From Amoebophrya sp. A120 (taxonomy: Eukaryota > Protista > Dinoflagellata), in the NCBI GenBank assembly GCA_905178155.1, contig CAJINV010000013.1, positions 2,662,158 to 2,726,157 on the forward strand: a stretch of DNA of 64,000 nucleotides, in the 5' to 3' direction. Position numbers and translations under genes: made by a program. Below are positions 47,001 through 58,919 of this stretch, in pieces; within the stretch, counting starts at the first letter, position 1; every line of letters starts with the position of its first letter. The notes under the pieces are model-generated. The model made no database searches. It was not told where the DNA came from and saw only the letters and a list, made by a program, of their open reading frames with translations.

Positions 47001-49150
47001 GCGGGCGGGGCGGTTCGGAAGGATTTTGGGGCGGCCTAGCCTTGGGGCCGCGCCTCCGATGCTAGACCACAGGGGCCACGCCGCAACAGGGAAAACACCG
47101 CACGCGTGGCAGCAGCCTGTCTCGGCGGAGAGGCGCGGCAATGGCCTTGCCGTGGTTGGAAGGCGACCAAAATAGTAGAGGCGCGAGGGGTGGCGCGGTC
47201 ACTAGGTCTGTTGTTACGGCTGGTTGGGAGGCCAGCGTGGTGGCGCCGTTGTGGGGTCGCAGCGATGCAAGCTGAGGCAACAGGCGCAGCGCCCGCGGCC
47301 TTGCGCTACGAGTGTTGCTTCACTTCCGGGGATGCGGCGAGATGTGAAAATGGATCGCGTGCACTTGCTGGCAAGCTTGCTAAAGGCGGCAGTAGCGTCG
47401 CGGCGTCCAGCCTCCCGACGGTGCCAATTCTGGCGCATGGCAAAGATTTCTTGGCGACACACCCAAGGCAAGGCGTGCGGCGTTTCGCCTGCCGGCATTT
47501 AACTGAACTACCCGCGTGCCCAGTTTTTGCGCCACCTTTCAAAAAAAAAAACTATGACTTTTAAAAACGCGACTTTAAGCGCGCCATACCCAGCACTTCT
47601 CATGCAGGAGACAAGAACTTCTAAAATTGCAACTTTGATTTTCATCCAGGCCCCGACAGATTTGCAACGCATATAGAGGGCCCCTCGCCGACATCGACGT
47701 CATTCCCGGGAGCTTCCTTTTCGCGAGCAGTGGCAGCCGTGCCAGCACCAAGTTTTTCCTCCCCCCGGGGCTCCTCCCGGAGAAACGTCGGAGACTTGCG
47801 GTCCTTCGGCGGAGCAGTGGAGAAGCCGAAAAAGGACCAGGGCATGGAGAAACCCACTTCGGGTAACGAAAACTGGTCCAACCCGGGCCAAGCATTCTTG
47901 TTCGCCTGGTGACTGCAGCCGCTAGTGCCTGTGTTTCATCAGGGAATGACTTTTACCTTATTTTTTTCCGAGTATCAAAATCTAAAAGAGGGATAAAAAG
48001 TACAACAATATTCATGAGGACCACTCCTCGGCTCGTTGGCTTTGCCTTTGGCTTTGTCAAAGCCAAAAATAACATGTCAAACAGGGTCTCCAAACCAATT
48101 CAAAATCAGCGCGCGCAACCTCAAACAGTAACAGAGTGCAATAAATAATAACAAAACGCGACTAAAAGTTTCTACGCTGTGCAAGCACAGTCCGTAGTCG
48201 TGGGGTAAGTACCTCCTTCACACGAGCCTGCCACGGATTTTTGTGTCAAAGCGTCTTGGTCGGAAGTAACAGCTCGGGCTCCGCGCAAGTTCCCGGTTTT
48301 CGTGCCGGATGGCGAGCGACCTTGTCCCAACACGCGACGTATTGCCCCGAAGTGACCCCGGGAGTCTTATGGGAAAACAAGGACGCGCAGCTCAGACATG
48401 CTGGCGTGCGGTCGTTGTGGAAAAATATGCAAAGAGCTCCTTGCTGATGCGCTTTTTGTTCTTTTTTGTTATTGCGAAAAAACCAGAAATACTGAAAACG
48501 AGTATAGTACTTCATTGGATCAGGTCATCAAGACTGAAGCGCCGCACTTCCCTCCCGTCCCCTCAAAAATGCCCGGGGCCGCTATGGATTCCAGGGATAT
48601 CCCCACCGCTGCGGGTACCGTCGGGGCCATCTTCTGCCGCGGAGCTGGCGCTCGCCGAGTCCTCCAGCGTAGCTGTGGCAGCAGAACCTTCTGCGTATGG
48701 AACGCCAAAAGTGGAAATACACCGCAATCACGCGAAAATTATATGGAAGACTAAGAAAGATCATGTGGTGGTCATTACATACAGCTGGAAATTAATTCTT
48801 CAGGGCACATCATGAGCATCACAGCACGACTCTATTTTCATCTTCATTTTGTTTGTGTCTTTTTTTTTCCCCAACGAGGATGACGAGTTGATCCTGCGTA
48901 GTTGCTTGACAACATGCACTTCTGGCGTTTCATATCCCGATCGGGACCTTGACTGCTCGAGCACCCTCTGGCGTGAGGCATCCAATGCAAAAATGTCTGC
49001 TCTGAGTCTGGAGAGTTCTCGCCAGTCCCGTTCAAAGTGTACACGATATGGGGTTGTGAATGCGCTTGCGCAGTCAAGCGCGACGCATCTGAGCTGCTGG
49101 TGCTGCGTTTTACATGTGTATCTATACCGGACTAGCCTCAGCATTACATG
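44009..49150 (-). CDS. Multi-exon low-complexity hypothetical gene (ends approximate)
   Basis: Coding-like exons lie at ~48930-49140, 48530-48720, 47674-47910, 45650-45772, 45120-45350 and 44100-44880. Only the 47674/45772 join (GEGPS-TNANIIKDQDE) was verified in frame. Confidence 0.45.
45778..47673. mobile_element. Diverged family-A introner (~300 bp of its own sequence) carrying a nested 1.59-kb element
   Basis: Ends are tatcccatgcaaacatgtctgagcagcctggacgaa / ttcatccaggccccgacagatttgcaacgcata. The TSD has decayed (TACCT/TAGAG), but removal with 5 bp restores the frame. Confidence 0.7.
45998..47588. mobile_element. 1591-bp non-autonomous DNA transposon with ~48-bp TIRs, TAT...ATA ends and 5-bp TSD CCCAG
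   Basis: TIRs tatggcgcgcttaaagtcgcgttttcaaaagtcatagtttttttttt / aaaaaaaaaactatgacttttaaaaacgcgactttaagcgcgccata. CCCAG occurs at 45993-45997 and 47589-47593. The interior is GC-rich with no recognisable transposase. Confidence 0.92.
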
Positions 49151-50537
49151 AAGTAGGCTTGCAAATGCAACCTTGCAGACTTAGCAGACATCTTTGCGAT
49201 TGATATCAGGCCACCGTACACAATTGTCGATGCCAGAACTCCGCGGGAGAACCCGAGCGGCATAGCTCCTCCTCTCTTGTTTGTATTTTGAAAAGTTGCA
49301 CTCATGGTTTGTAGTACTCAAATTCGTTGCTTTTGAAAGTTGAAAGTCGTCCAGTAGATTTTGTTTCTTCTTGTTTGTGTTTCGTGAAAAGTTCTTGAAG
49401 TCTGTCAAATAAAGAAAATCAAATTTACAAAACCGCCTTCTCTTAATTGTAGTGGTGTAAAAACAAAGCAAAAGGCGCCGGAAAGACTTCACCGACGCAC
49501 GCAGAACTGACGCTAGGTAAGAAGTTGCACGTGAAAGAAACAACAAAACACCTTTCCGACCGTCCTTAGGGAATGTGAGAGAGATTCTGGTTTAATTGTG
49601 GAGATTTCGATGGTAATTAATTTTACAGAAGACAGAGGGGGGAAAGCAAAGTTAAAGTTGATAAAGGAGAAGTTCGATAATAATGTAAAAAAAGGGGCTA
49701 CCTCATCGCCGTTGGTTGCAAAAATTAGAAACCTTTGCACTGTCACAATTTTACAAAAGCAGGAGAAGATAGGTTCTTTCTGGAAATTCTAATTCAAAAA
49801 TGGTCATAATCTTTAAGTAGAGGCAGTGCAAAAACGAAACAAGCAAAGTTGACGCTTGTTCGAAGGAACTCGCGCATGCAAAAACTTACTATGCACCGAT
49901 TGCAGTACGAAGAACGAGCAAAATCAGCAAGGCGAGCGAGAAAAACCGAAGAAACCTGAGAGCATACTAGTTGCTCGGCACCGAAGCGACCTAGTAGGTA
50001 CGTGACGTAAGTCTAATATGCTCACGAAATACAGGTACGACAGTCACCGACGTGGAAACAAAAAAAGTAATGAATTATTCAGTGCGGTCGTGGACGAGGC
50101 AGCTAGTAGCAGAGAAGTAGAAGAACATACAAAACCGACATTCGTATTTTCATCATCTCTGCGACCAATGCACGGAGTCACGATAGTACGAGTGCCAATG
50201 TGGACGGACGAGAAGCAGCTTACTCACAGCAGAATGAGTTTATTCCTCAGTCATCTGCAAAGTGTCGCAGTGTGACAATCGCAGTACGTATCGCACGACC
50301 GATGGTCTACTTGCAGACATTGATGACAGAGATGCATTTGATTTTTGTTATCTGCTCGTCGTACGGTAAAAGTAGTGGAGCTAGTAGTAGATATTAAAGT
50401 GGGTTTACCGTATCAACAAAAATGGCCAACACAGTAAAAGTCTGCAGGCAGTGGAGAGAATGAAACAAGTACCAGCTGCAGAAAACAAAGTCGGAGCCAA
50501 CAGCTCTCCTCTGAACGTGAAACTGTGTTGTTCTTGG

Positions 50538-53500
50538 TCACGCAACGAATTTCCTACAACACGGACTGTTTAAAATGTCCTGACTGCGACTCGCCTTCTT
50601 GTCACCATCTGTGCCTGCGGTAGAAATTTGACTTCGCGCGTGTTCATACAGCCTCAGAAACCTTTTTTTCGCGATTCGGTACAGCAAATCGTCCGGACTG
50701 CCCCTGCACCAACCGCCAAAGAGTTTCCGCATGAACTTCGAAAACAGCTGCTCCTGTGCGGTTTTATGATTTTCCAGATTCGATATGTACCGCATCGCGT
50801 TACTGTCCAGAAACGGGTGAAACGTGCGGACCCGGGCCAGCGGGAACTTTGGCCCAAGCTGGAGAATTTCCGGGAACACTTCATTCCAGAGCGACACAAG
50901 CTGGTACCGCAGGTTGAGCAGGGCTGTGTCATTTCGGGCAGAAAAACTACCCCCGGGCAGTATGTTCATCGCGACAGCCCCAGCAACAGCATGTTGACCA
51001 TGCTGACCATGTTCCTCTACTTGCTCATGCGCCGCTTGGAAAACTTCTTCCAAGGTCCTCTGTGGCTGGTGCTGTGAGGTAGACAGAACTTCTTGTAATT
51101 TCTCCACGCGATCCCGCAACAGAAGAAGTTTGCGCTGCTCTTTCCCAGCGAGACTACTCGGAGGAGATCCGGTTGTAAGAACTGCCTGTGTGTGGACGTC
51201 CGAAGCTCTGCTGGTTGCGGTTTGAAGCTGAACAAGGTCTTCTTGCTCTACAACAGCACTCCCAGGAGTTCCTCCACGCACCTTCTGCGAGTCGTGCAGC
51301 TCCGTGCTTGCTGCTATGCTTTCTGTCAGAAATTTCCTTGCCAACTTCAGAAACTCCGAAACCGTCGCTTCCGCACTGAACTTTCCGAAGACGAAGTCCA
51401 GCAGAAAATCCAGCCGCTTGTAGCGCTTCCGCCTGCCCGCCGCTAAGGCGGAAGGCGCCTGTTGATGCGGAACTTCGTCGGGATTCTCATTCTTATTCTT
51501 TTCATTTTCTACTTCATCTACCCCTTCTCCCTGATCCCCGACGTCGTCGCTTCCCTTCTTGCGCACCTCCGCCACAATGCCCCGGTCGCGAAAGTACTCG
51601 CCGGCCCTATCAAATGCAAATATATCTGGGCCTAGAAACTTGTAATGCTGAGTTGTGAATCGTGAATTCTCTGTAATGCACAGCCATGCATGAAAAATAT
51701 TCGCGTCGCTTAGTGTTGCGCTCTCCGAATGACAAACTGCGCTTTGCATGACAAGCAAAAGGGTCTCTTCCTGGACACGCATCACAAACTCTTCACTCAT
51801 GCCAGACAAGCATGACAAACCTTGCATCCTTCCAGACCCAGACATATTTGCAATGCATACGCCCCGCCTCGATAAGAGTTCGAGGCGAGTTTCCCGGCTT
51901 TCAGGGTTTGCCGCCCGTCGCGGAAAAAGGTCGGGAAAACGCACTCCAGCATCTCCATATGGATGTGTCAGGTTTGAAATCGTCAAAGTTGAAATAGTTT
52001 GTCATGCATAAAATGGATGCCAGTTCTTGGAACCCAGTTTCCAAGTGGCGCATGACATGCTGTTTAGGCAAATAAGAGCGATTTTCTCATGTTACTTTAG
52101 CAGCTCGAGCTGTAACCCCAAACAGGCTTACAATCGGCCTCACTTGCCTGCTCTGCAACACACGCGCCTCGGGTCATGCATTTTATGCATGACAAACTAT
52201 TTCAACTTTGACGATTTCAAACCTGACAGCTCCATACTCCATTAGCTTCTCGTACTCATCGAGAACGCCGATGATGGCGAAACCGCCACCGGTCGTCGCT
52301 GGTGTCCGTCGTGCACCCCCGCGGCCAAACTCATCTTCGCTGGGACGTGCGGTCTTGTCATCGTCCGGCCTTGAGTTCATCTTTGCCTCCAGCAGGACGT
52401 GCTCCACTGCTTTTTCGAACGTCTTTACGTCTTCTGCAACAGACAAGTCTTTGAAGTGCGAGTACCCTTTTCCGAAGGTATCATGCACCGGAGACTGCGG
52501 CGTCAGCTTCCCACCAGAAATACGCTGCTATGCATTGAAAATATGTCGTTTTTCATGCGCGATTCGAAGGGAAACACGATCTGTATAATGCATGGAAAAG
52601 AGTGGCGAGAATTTTTGTCGTACTGGTACCGGGAACCAGTTTGTCATGCGATGTGCGAAAGAATCAGCGAAAAGCCGCGTAAATAAAACTTGCCGTGCCG
52701 TACTTACTGCCGTATGAGCGACCGCTGTGTGATGCAAGACTCAGCAAGACAAATTTGCTGCACGGCCTTTCCAGGCTCGGACATATTTGCAGTGGATAGC
52801 TGCCGACGCAGGTCAACACCAGGCTGTAGTCCCTGTCGCGGATGATCTTCACGATGTTGAAGAACTTGTGATTCATCTTTCGGTGGAGCAGCTGATGCGA
52901 CGGTCTTGGGAACTGTGGATTCTGTTCGAGGATGAGTCTCCATAGTTGCACGACTACCTTCGCCTTGATCTCCTTCATACTCACCACCCAAAGATGAGCC
53001 TCTTGCCTTCTCGTTTTCCGCAAACACCTCGCCGGTTCTGCCACTGATCAAGTTTGTCTGCAAGGAAAACTTCCCAAACTGTGTGGCTAAGTCCGTGACT
53101 AAGTTGCCCGCCTCCGCGTGGAAGCTCGCGTTGAACCACGTGGAGTTGCCAGGAGCACCCCCTCCGAAACGCGAAGAAGTCAGACTGCAACCAAAGAACC
53201 GCAGCATGGAGTTGGCGGAGCAGAAGTTTTTCACTTTCAACCCACTAGCACTTTTCAAAACCGCACCACTCTGGTCCCGACCTGCTTCCGCTGTAGCAGC
53301 GCCGAGCACCCGTGTCGTCTTGGTCTCGTGCATTTGCAGCAAGTGCTTCGGGAACGGCGCGCCGCGCAATTTTTGCTGCAACTGCAGCTCCCGGTCTGCG
53401 GCCAGCATTTGCTTTTTCAAATTCGTGTACTGTTCGTACTTGCTGTGTCTATCGAAGTCCAAGTCCACGGCGGGCTGAAAATTATCGGGAAGTTCAAGTT

Positions 53501-56500
53501 GTACTTGATCGGGGTCTATCCAGTGCAAATATCGATCTGGGTCTGGAAGGATGCAAACTTGTGTTGCATAATTACCATGCCTGATAGTGTCTGTGAAGAT
53601 GCATGTCGTAGCATCACAAGTTTTCTGAGGGCGCTCCTTTGCATATGTTTATCCCGCATGAGAGCAAAAACCGGGCTCCTCTTGCTGCTCACGCACTACA
53701 GATTCTTTTGGAATCCAAGGGCAGCGTCACAAGTTGCATCCTTCCAGACCAGATCCAGGGATACTTGCAATGCATAGGGTCGTGCTGCTGTACTGGACCA
53801 GTGTCCATCTTCCCGTCGAGAGTAGTCGGGTCCGGGTCGCGGCTATAATTTCTCTCTTGTTCGTCGTGGTCCTGCGTCGGAAGAGCGCCAACATCCTCCA
53901 CCCTCTCCTTCTTTGATCTCTTCAGAACGGCGAACTCGCCAGCCTGAATGGTCTCGTGCGGTACCTTATGAAGTGCAAAAATCCGTGGACGTGGTCCGGA
54001 AAGTTGCGATGCTGACCTGTGGATGATGAAAACGCCTCGGAATGCAGCCAAGCATGACAAATTTGCAATTCGCAGAACGCTTTCTCATACTCAGGCCGCA
54101 CGAAGAAGCTGCGTTCTTTCTGTCATAGAACAGGCTGCCATTTTAGTTGGTCGATATGCAATACAGATTTCACAGGAATGTAAGACCACCATCACAAGTT
54201 CTATACTTTCCAGATCCCGACAGATTTGCAATTCATACACCTCCCAGACCCGCGCGTCGGAGTCCACCATCTGTTCGAATTCCTCCATCCCAAAGCTATC
54301 AAATGCAATCATGTCTGGGTCTGGAAGATGGAGATGCACGATTTGTCATGTGGTTGGCGCATCAAGACGAAGTGGGCCAAAAACTTGCCATGCGCGGCTC
54401 CGTATTGATGGAGGTTGCTTTTCATCCGCGAACTCTCAACTACACCTCAACATCTTTCCTAAACACTACATCTTTCCAGAGACGACGCCATCTTTGCAAA
54501 AATGCATACACGAGGTGCTCTTGCAGAGGGGAAAGAAACACATTTTCCCCGTGCAAAGCGGTGGACACTTTCTGGCCGAACGTGAACGGCAGCGGACCCG
54601 CCTGCTTCACTTTGCTGGCGCCGTAAAAAAACCGCTCCACATTGGTCATCAGTGACTGCCGCTTTTCCGGATGGGAGAACGGAAGCTCCTCGAGCGTTCG
54701 ATTGGTTATTGCTTCTGCTGCGCCATAATCATTTTTGTCGTCATTTTTCCGCTGTTCCTGTGCTGCCGTGTTCAGCAGCCTTCTGCGCAGAAATTCCTGG
54801 TGCATGGCGGCGTTCAACACATCGTGGCCGTCGAGAAAAAAAGCGTCGTCCAAGGCCGGAAACAGATGCCGGTACTCGTAGGGGTATAAGTCTCCTCGCT
54901 GTTCAACAACATCAGGAGTCGTGCTTTCGAATTGATGTCCAAACAACTCCCGCTGGTTGTGCAGAATGTCGGCGAAAGCGCCCTGTTCGTGGTGGTGCGT
55001 GATCTGGCGAAAAGTGGACACGGACTGCGAGCTGCATTCGCGCAGGTTCGAAACGTATTGATAGGTGATAGCGTTCTTACTGCTCCCATCTTCTTCTGTA
55101 CCACCCTGATGATGCAGCTCCTGGTGTTCCTGCTTCTGTTCAAAAACATGCCCCGCTACAGCCGGTGAGGGCAGCTGCACGAGCCCACTTCTACTTCTTT
55201 CACTGCGACCCCGCAACGCGAGCCCGTTCCGAAACCGAAAGCGGTAGTTGTTCGACCTTGCGCTGAGGTCGTCGAAGACTCTCTCCAGGTCCACGTGCTC
55301 GTAGTGCTCCAGCAGAAACGCTTTGCCTTTCTTCCTCGTCGGAGCCAACTTCTGCGACACCGCCCAGCGCCAATATTCCGTCACGTTGAAGCCATCTGGA
55401 TCTTCGTCGTACAGCTCCGGGGCCACGCGCTCAATCAGGTTTCCCACCACCTCTCTTCTAAGACCAGGGGGGCGACCAGAGGACACTGCATTCTTAACAG
55501 CAGACGACTCGTCCGACTCCAACAGTGCTTGTGCGCCGTCCGTAAGCGAAGTCGGAGTGGCCATCGCCTCATGCTCTTTGGTGCTCTGTTGGTGTGTGAC
55601 GATGTCTACTTCCTGTTCGTCGTGTCCCCACACGCCCATCCGCAAGATCCGGGCGAATTCCGTGAGCAAGAGCGGGAATTTCTCCTTCTCGGACATCTGG
55701 CGTGCCTGTTTCTTTCCACTTTCCCTGCTCCCTCCATGATGAATATCTGTGTGCTCCTCGTTCTGTCGCCAGAACCACATGCCCCCGAATCGGAATTCCG
55801 TCGGCAGAATGGTCCAGTTCACCCCCAATTTCCGCCGCGGCGGGCCCTGGATGATTGCGCTGTGACTGCTGGTGCTGCCGGTCCGCGGCGGCGCGGGCCA
55901 GAGCAGCACGTCCGGCTCCTCGGTCGTGCGGATCACTTCGCACCATTTCTGCTCCTCGATGGCCAAGTTGTGCGACGACGATAATAGGTCTCGTTCTTTC
56001 TCCTTGGCCGTGTTTTGCGTTTTTATTTCTGCCAGTCTAGCTTTTCGCGCGACGCCGTTTTTCGCGAGAATTTCGTCTGTGATTGCGTCGGCCAGGACTT
56101 CCAGGAACTCTTCGCTAGTGGTGGTTGATGCGGGGTAAAAAGAACTGGATGGAGATGAACTTGCAGAGACAGATGCGTGGTTTCTGTTGTGATCATGACC
56201 ACTGTCACCACGTTGTTCCAGCAGTATATCGCCAATTTGCTCTTCCGTAACGGTTTCCCAACGCAAATACTTCCGCGCTACCGCGGCTAAAAAACCGTTC
56301 ACCTTGAAGCGCTCCAACTTTGGCAAAGACGGGGTGCGGGTGGAAGCGGAATGCACATAATGATCATTCTGTGATGAAGGCAGATCTTCATTTTGCGACG
56401 CATCAAAATTTTCGCTTCGCTCGTGTTGAACAGTTGCAGCTTGCACCGAAAAACGAACAAATAAATGTGGCTGCGGAATACTAGCAATGAAGAAGACCAG

Positions 56501-56536
56501 CAACTCTACTACGAAAACAGAACTAAGCGACATCAT
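50538..56536 (-). CDS. Large (~1474 aa) putative secreted hypothetical protein interrupted by six introners
   Basis: The N-terminus is hydrophobic (MMSLSSVFVVELLVFFIAS). Exons 56536-54509, 54291-54238, 53961-53777, 53511-52799, 52523-52237, 51952-51860 and 51602-50538 sum to 4425 nt, in frame with no internal stops seen at the joins. Confidence 0.75.
51608..51859. mobile_element. Introner, family A (252 bp; TSD GGCCC/CGCCC)
   Basis: TIRs tatcaaatgcaaatatatctgggcctagaa / ttccagacccagacatatttgcaatgcata. Removal gives RGGA-GEYFR. Confidence 0.88.
51958..52236. mobile_element. Introner, family D (279 bp; TSD CTCCA)
   Basis: Long TIRs containing gtcaggtttgaaatcgtcaaagttgaaatagtttgtcatgcataaaatg. 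Removal gives KLME-MLECVF. Confidence 0.92.
52529..52798. mobile_element. Introner, diverged family A (270 bp; TSD GCTGC)
   Basis: Ends are tatgcattgaaaatatgtc / gacatatttgcagtggata. GCTGC occurs at 52524-52528 and 52799-52803. Removal gives LRRQ-RISGG. Confidence 0.85.
53517..53776. mobile_element. Introner, family A (260 bp; TSD GGGTC)
   Basis: GGGTC occurs at 53512-53516 and 53777-53781. Removal gives QHDP-DQVQL. Confidence 0.88.
53967..54237. mobile_element. Introner, diverged family A (271 bp; TSD TACCT/CACCT); has a GT-AG solution
   Basis: The sense-strand TSD is AGGT(G/A), so gag|gtgtatg...cataag|gta gives WE-VPHE in frame. Confidence 0.8.
54297..54508. mobile_element. Introner, diverged family A (212 bp; TSD decayed); has a GT-AG solution
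   Basis: The left TIR is tatcaaatgcaatcatgtctgggtctggaaga. On the sense strand gt|gtatgc...gatag|c gives HLV-FGMEEF in frame. Confidence 0.78.
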
Positions 56537-57664
56537 TTTTCCTTTTTCCTAACAAAACAAGAACAGAAGATATGATCTATATATACCAGGGAATAAAAGA
56601 AAGTCAAAAACTGAACTCAACATCAGCATCTGCATCGGAAAACAAGCGCATGAATGAGCTGCAGAGGATCCATGGATCATTGTGCTGAACGGGATCTGGA
56701 ACTCACCCCTCAAAAGATTCTCTTCATGTACATACATCGAGCTTGATCTTCTTGACCATGCAACAGAAAAATCAACCCAGAGTCAGCGCATTAGTTGCCT
56801 ATGACAGATGAACAAGAAGTGCAAAAATGATCGATCAAAAACGCATGCGTGGAGGTGGAAGTGCAAAAATGATCAAAAAACTGAAAAAGCCCACCCGATT
56901 TTCAATCTACGACATAGCAACGGTCATCAAGACGAGCAGAGTCCGAGTACGGTGGCGCTGTCCTGTACGTCGCCGTAGTCCAATGAGTATGAGGGAACTC
57001 TTGATTTGTATAGACTAAATCCCTCTGCTCGTCTGCGAGGGACCTACCATACTTAGCAAACGCAAATCTCTTCGAAATGCGTGGCGATTCTCTTCAAATC
57101 CGTTTCAATCTAGTGCGATGACCCTACCAATAATTGCAACCCGTCCATCTTCAGGGTACTGCACTGTCGTGACCTCATCAACTTTGTTCTCATCATCTGT
57201 CGTGACTTTATTACAACTGACTGGTGCGCGTTGCAGCTCTATTAAAGGCAGCGAGAATGAATACTGCCAGAGCCCGAGCGAGAGTAACAACTATAAAAAC
57301 ATCCATCTAAGTACTTGCGTATCTTTCTGTAACTGCTTGTCGAGGGTGCTTGTCGAAGTCGTGATGCTTGCATTCCGGCTGCGGGTACAGTGTTGTTCGT
57401 CGCGAAAGAGGTTCGTCCGAGGTGCGAAGAGTTTCGGCTGCAAGGGCGGTAGAATTAAGGTCGTTGGTAGTATGTGTTAATTATATAGGATTTTGCTCTC
57501 ATCTTATATATTTCCGGGCCCGGGGGCAAAGTTTGTCGCGGTAGCTCGCTTCTAGGAAATTTAAGGTAGTATGACTCAACAGAAAGAAGTCCAAGGAGTG
57601 CACAACAAAGGTGACACATGTTTTTCTTTTTTTGTGAAGCATCCAAGAAATAATAAGGGTTGTA

Positions 57665-58819
57665 TCAGTTTTCCTTTTTCCCTTCCTCCTTCAAGGCCGC
57701 CTTCTCGTCCCCGTTGTCCTGGTCCGAAGAGCTTTCCATGTGGGAGGTGAAAATGTAACCCCACGCTTGTGCCGTGCCAATGAGGAAGACCGGGATGCTC
57801 GGCCCCAAAATGATGTAGACGCCAAGGCAGATGCTGTAGGCCCCGGTGTACTGCGGGTGGCGGAAGGTATCGAAGGGGAAGTCGGAGACCCATGGGATGG
57901 ACTTTCCTGATTTCATGTGATGTGTGGTTTTTGAATTTGATGCAAGTATTTGACTCGGTTCAACACGCATGTGGAAAGCGTGTCACCGAACATCAAACGC
58001 GCACTGCTGATGCTGAACCTCCGAATTGCAAAGCGAACATGAGAAGCAACATCAGAAGTCATGCCGGGGGGGGAAAAACAGAGGAAGACCGCCTCCGCCC
58101 TGACACAGATAGAATCAAAATTATGTTGGAAAAACTTCGATATTACCGAACTTGAATCCGTAGTAGACCCCGTCGCGGCCGAGCTTGGCGTACACGTGGG
58201 ATTGCAACCAGATCCCAAATGTGATCAGGCCCGCTGCGATGCAGTAGCTGAGCGCGATCAGAATTGTGTTAGAGGTGAACTGCCCAAGGTTGGGAACCTG
58301 CAAAGTAGAAGATGTTGACACGGCATTTTTTCATGCTCAAGTACGATGCGCAGCTTTAGCTTTGTGTTTGTCATAGTTACACGCACGACACCAGCGGCGC
58401 ACTAGGTACGTCTCGTCTGTAGCTATCATCATGCGGTGTTTCTTTTTTATTAGCAGTGTTCATTGTTTTTATGTACGACAACGCACAAAATTGAACTTCC
58501 CGGTAACAAAACCCCCCACCACCACCACCCCTATACGTACCTGCAAGAAGGGCAAGAGGAACACGGTGAGCAGGGTCTTCTGTGCGGTCACCAAGCCGCA
58601 CATCCACGCGACGGATTTTTCGCCGAATGATTTTCTCCACAGCTCGGGGTACACCCAGCCCCAGGGGTAGATGAAGAGGTGCGTGAAAAACTGGAAAAAG
58701 ATGGTGAGCAGAACCAAGGGACTGACATGCTGGTTGAACGTGATAAAAATTGCCAGGGCGGTGGATGTCGCGGCGGCCAGCCCCGGGTGCTGAAACAGAC
58801 GAACGAGCTCCAGAACCAT
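57665..58819 (-). CDS. PLMT: Phospholipid (phosphatidyl-N-methylethanolamine) N-methyltransferase, PEMT/PLMT family, 3 exons
   Basis: Motif VYAKLGRDGVYYGFKFG-KSIPWVSDFPFDTFRHPQYTG, several TM segments and a C-terminal KKEN dilysine-like signal. GT-AG introns lie at ~58298-58540 and ~57908-58146. Confidence 0.88.
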
Positions 58820-58919
58820 GTTTGCTGCACCGGCAATAGAGCAGTAGTTTTGGTGGACTAGTAGTACCAGCAGATGATCACAGACTTTCAGTGCTGTCTA
58901 GGTGTTGTTTCTGGTTGTC

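Noticed and set aside
46048-47564. ORFs inside the 1.59-kb TIR element as a transposase
   Set aside because: They are short, low-complexity and GC-driven, with no DDE or other catalytic motif recognisable.
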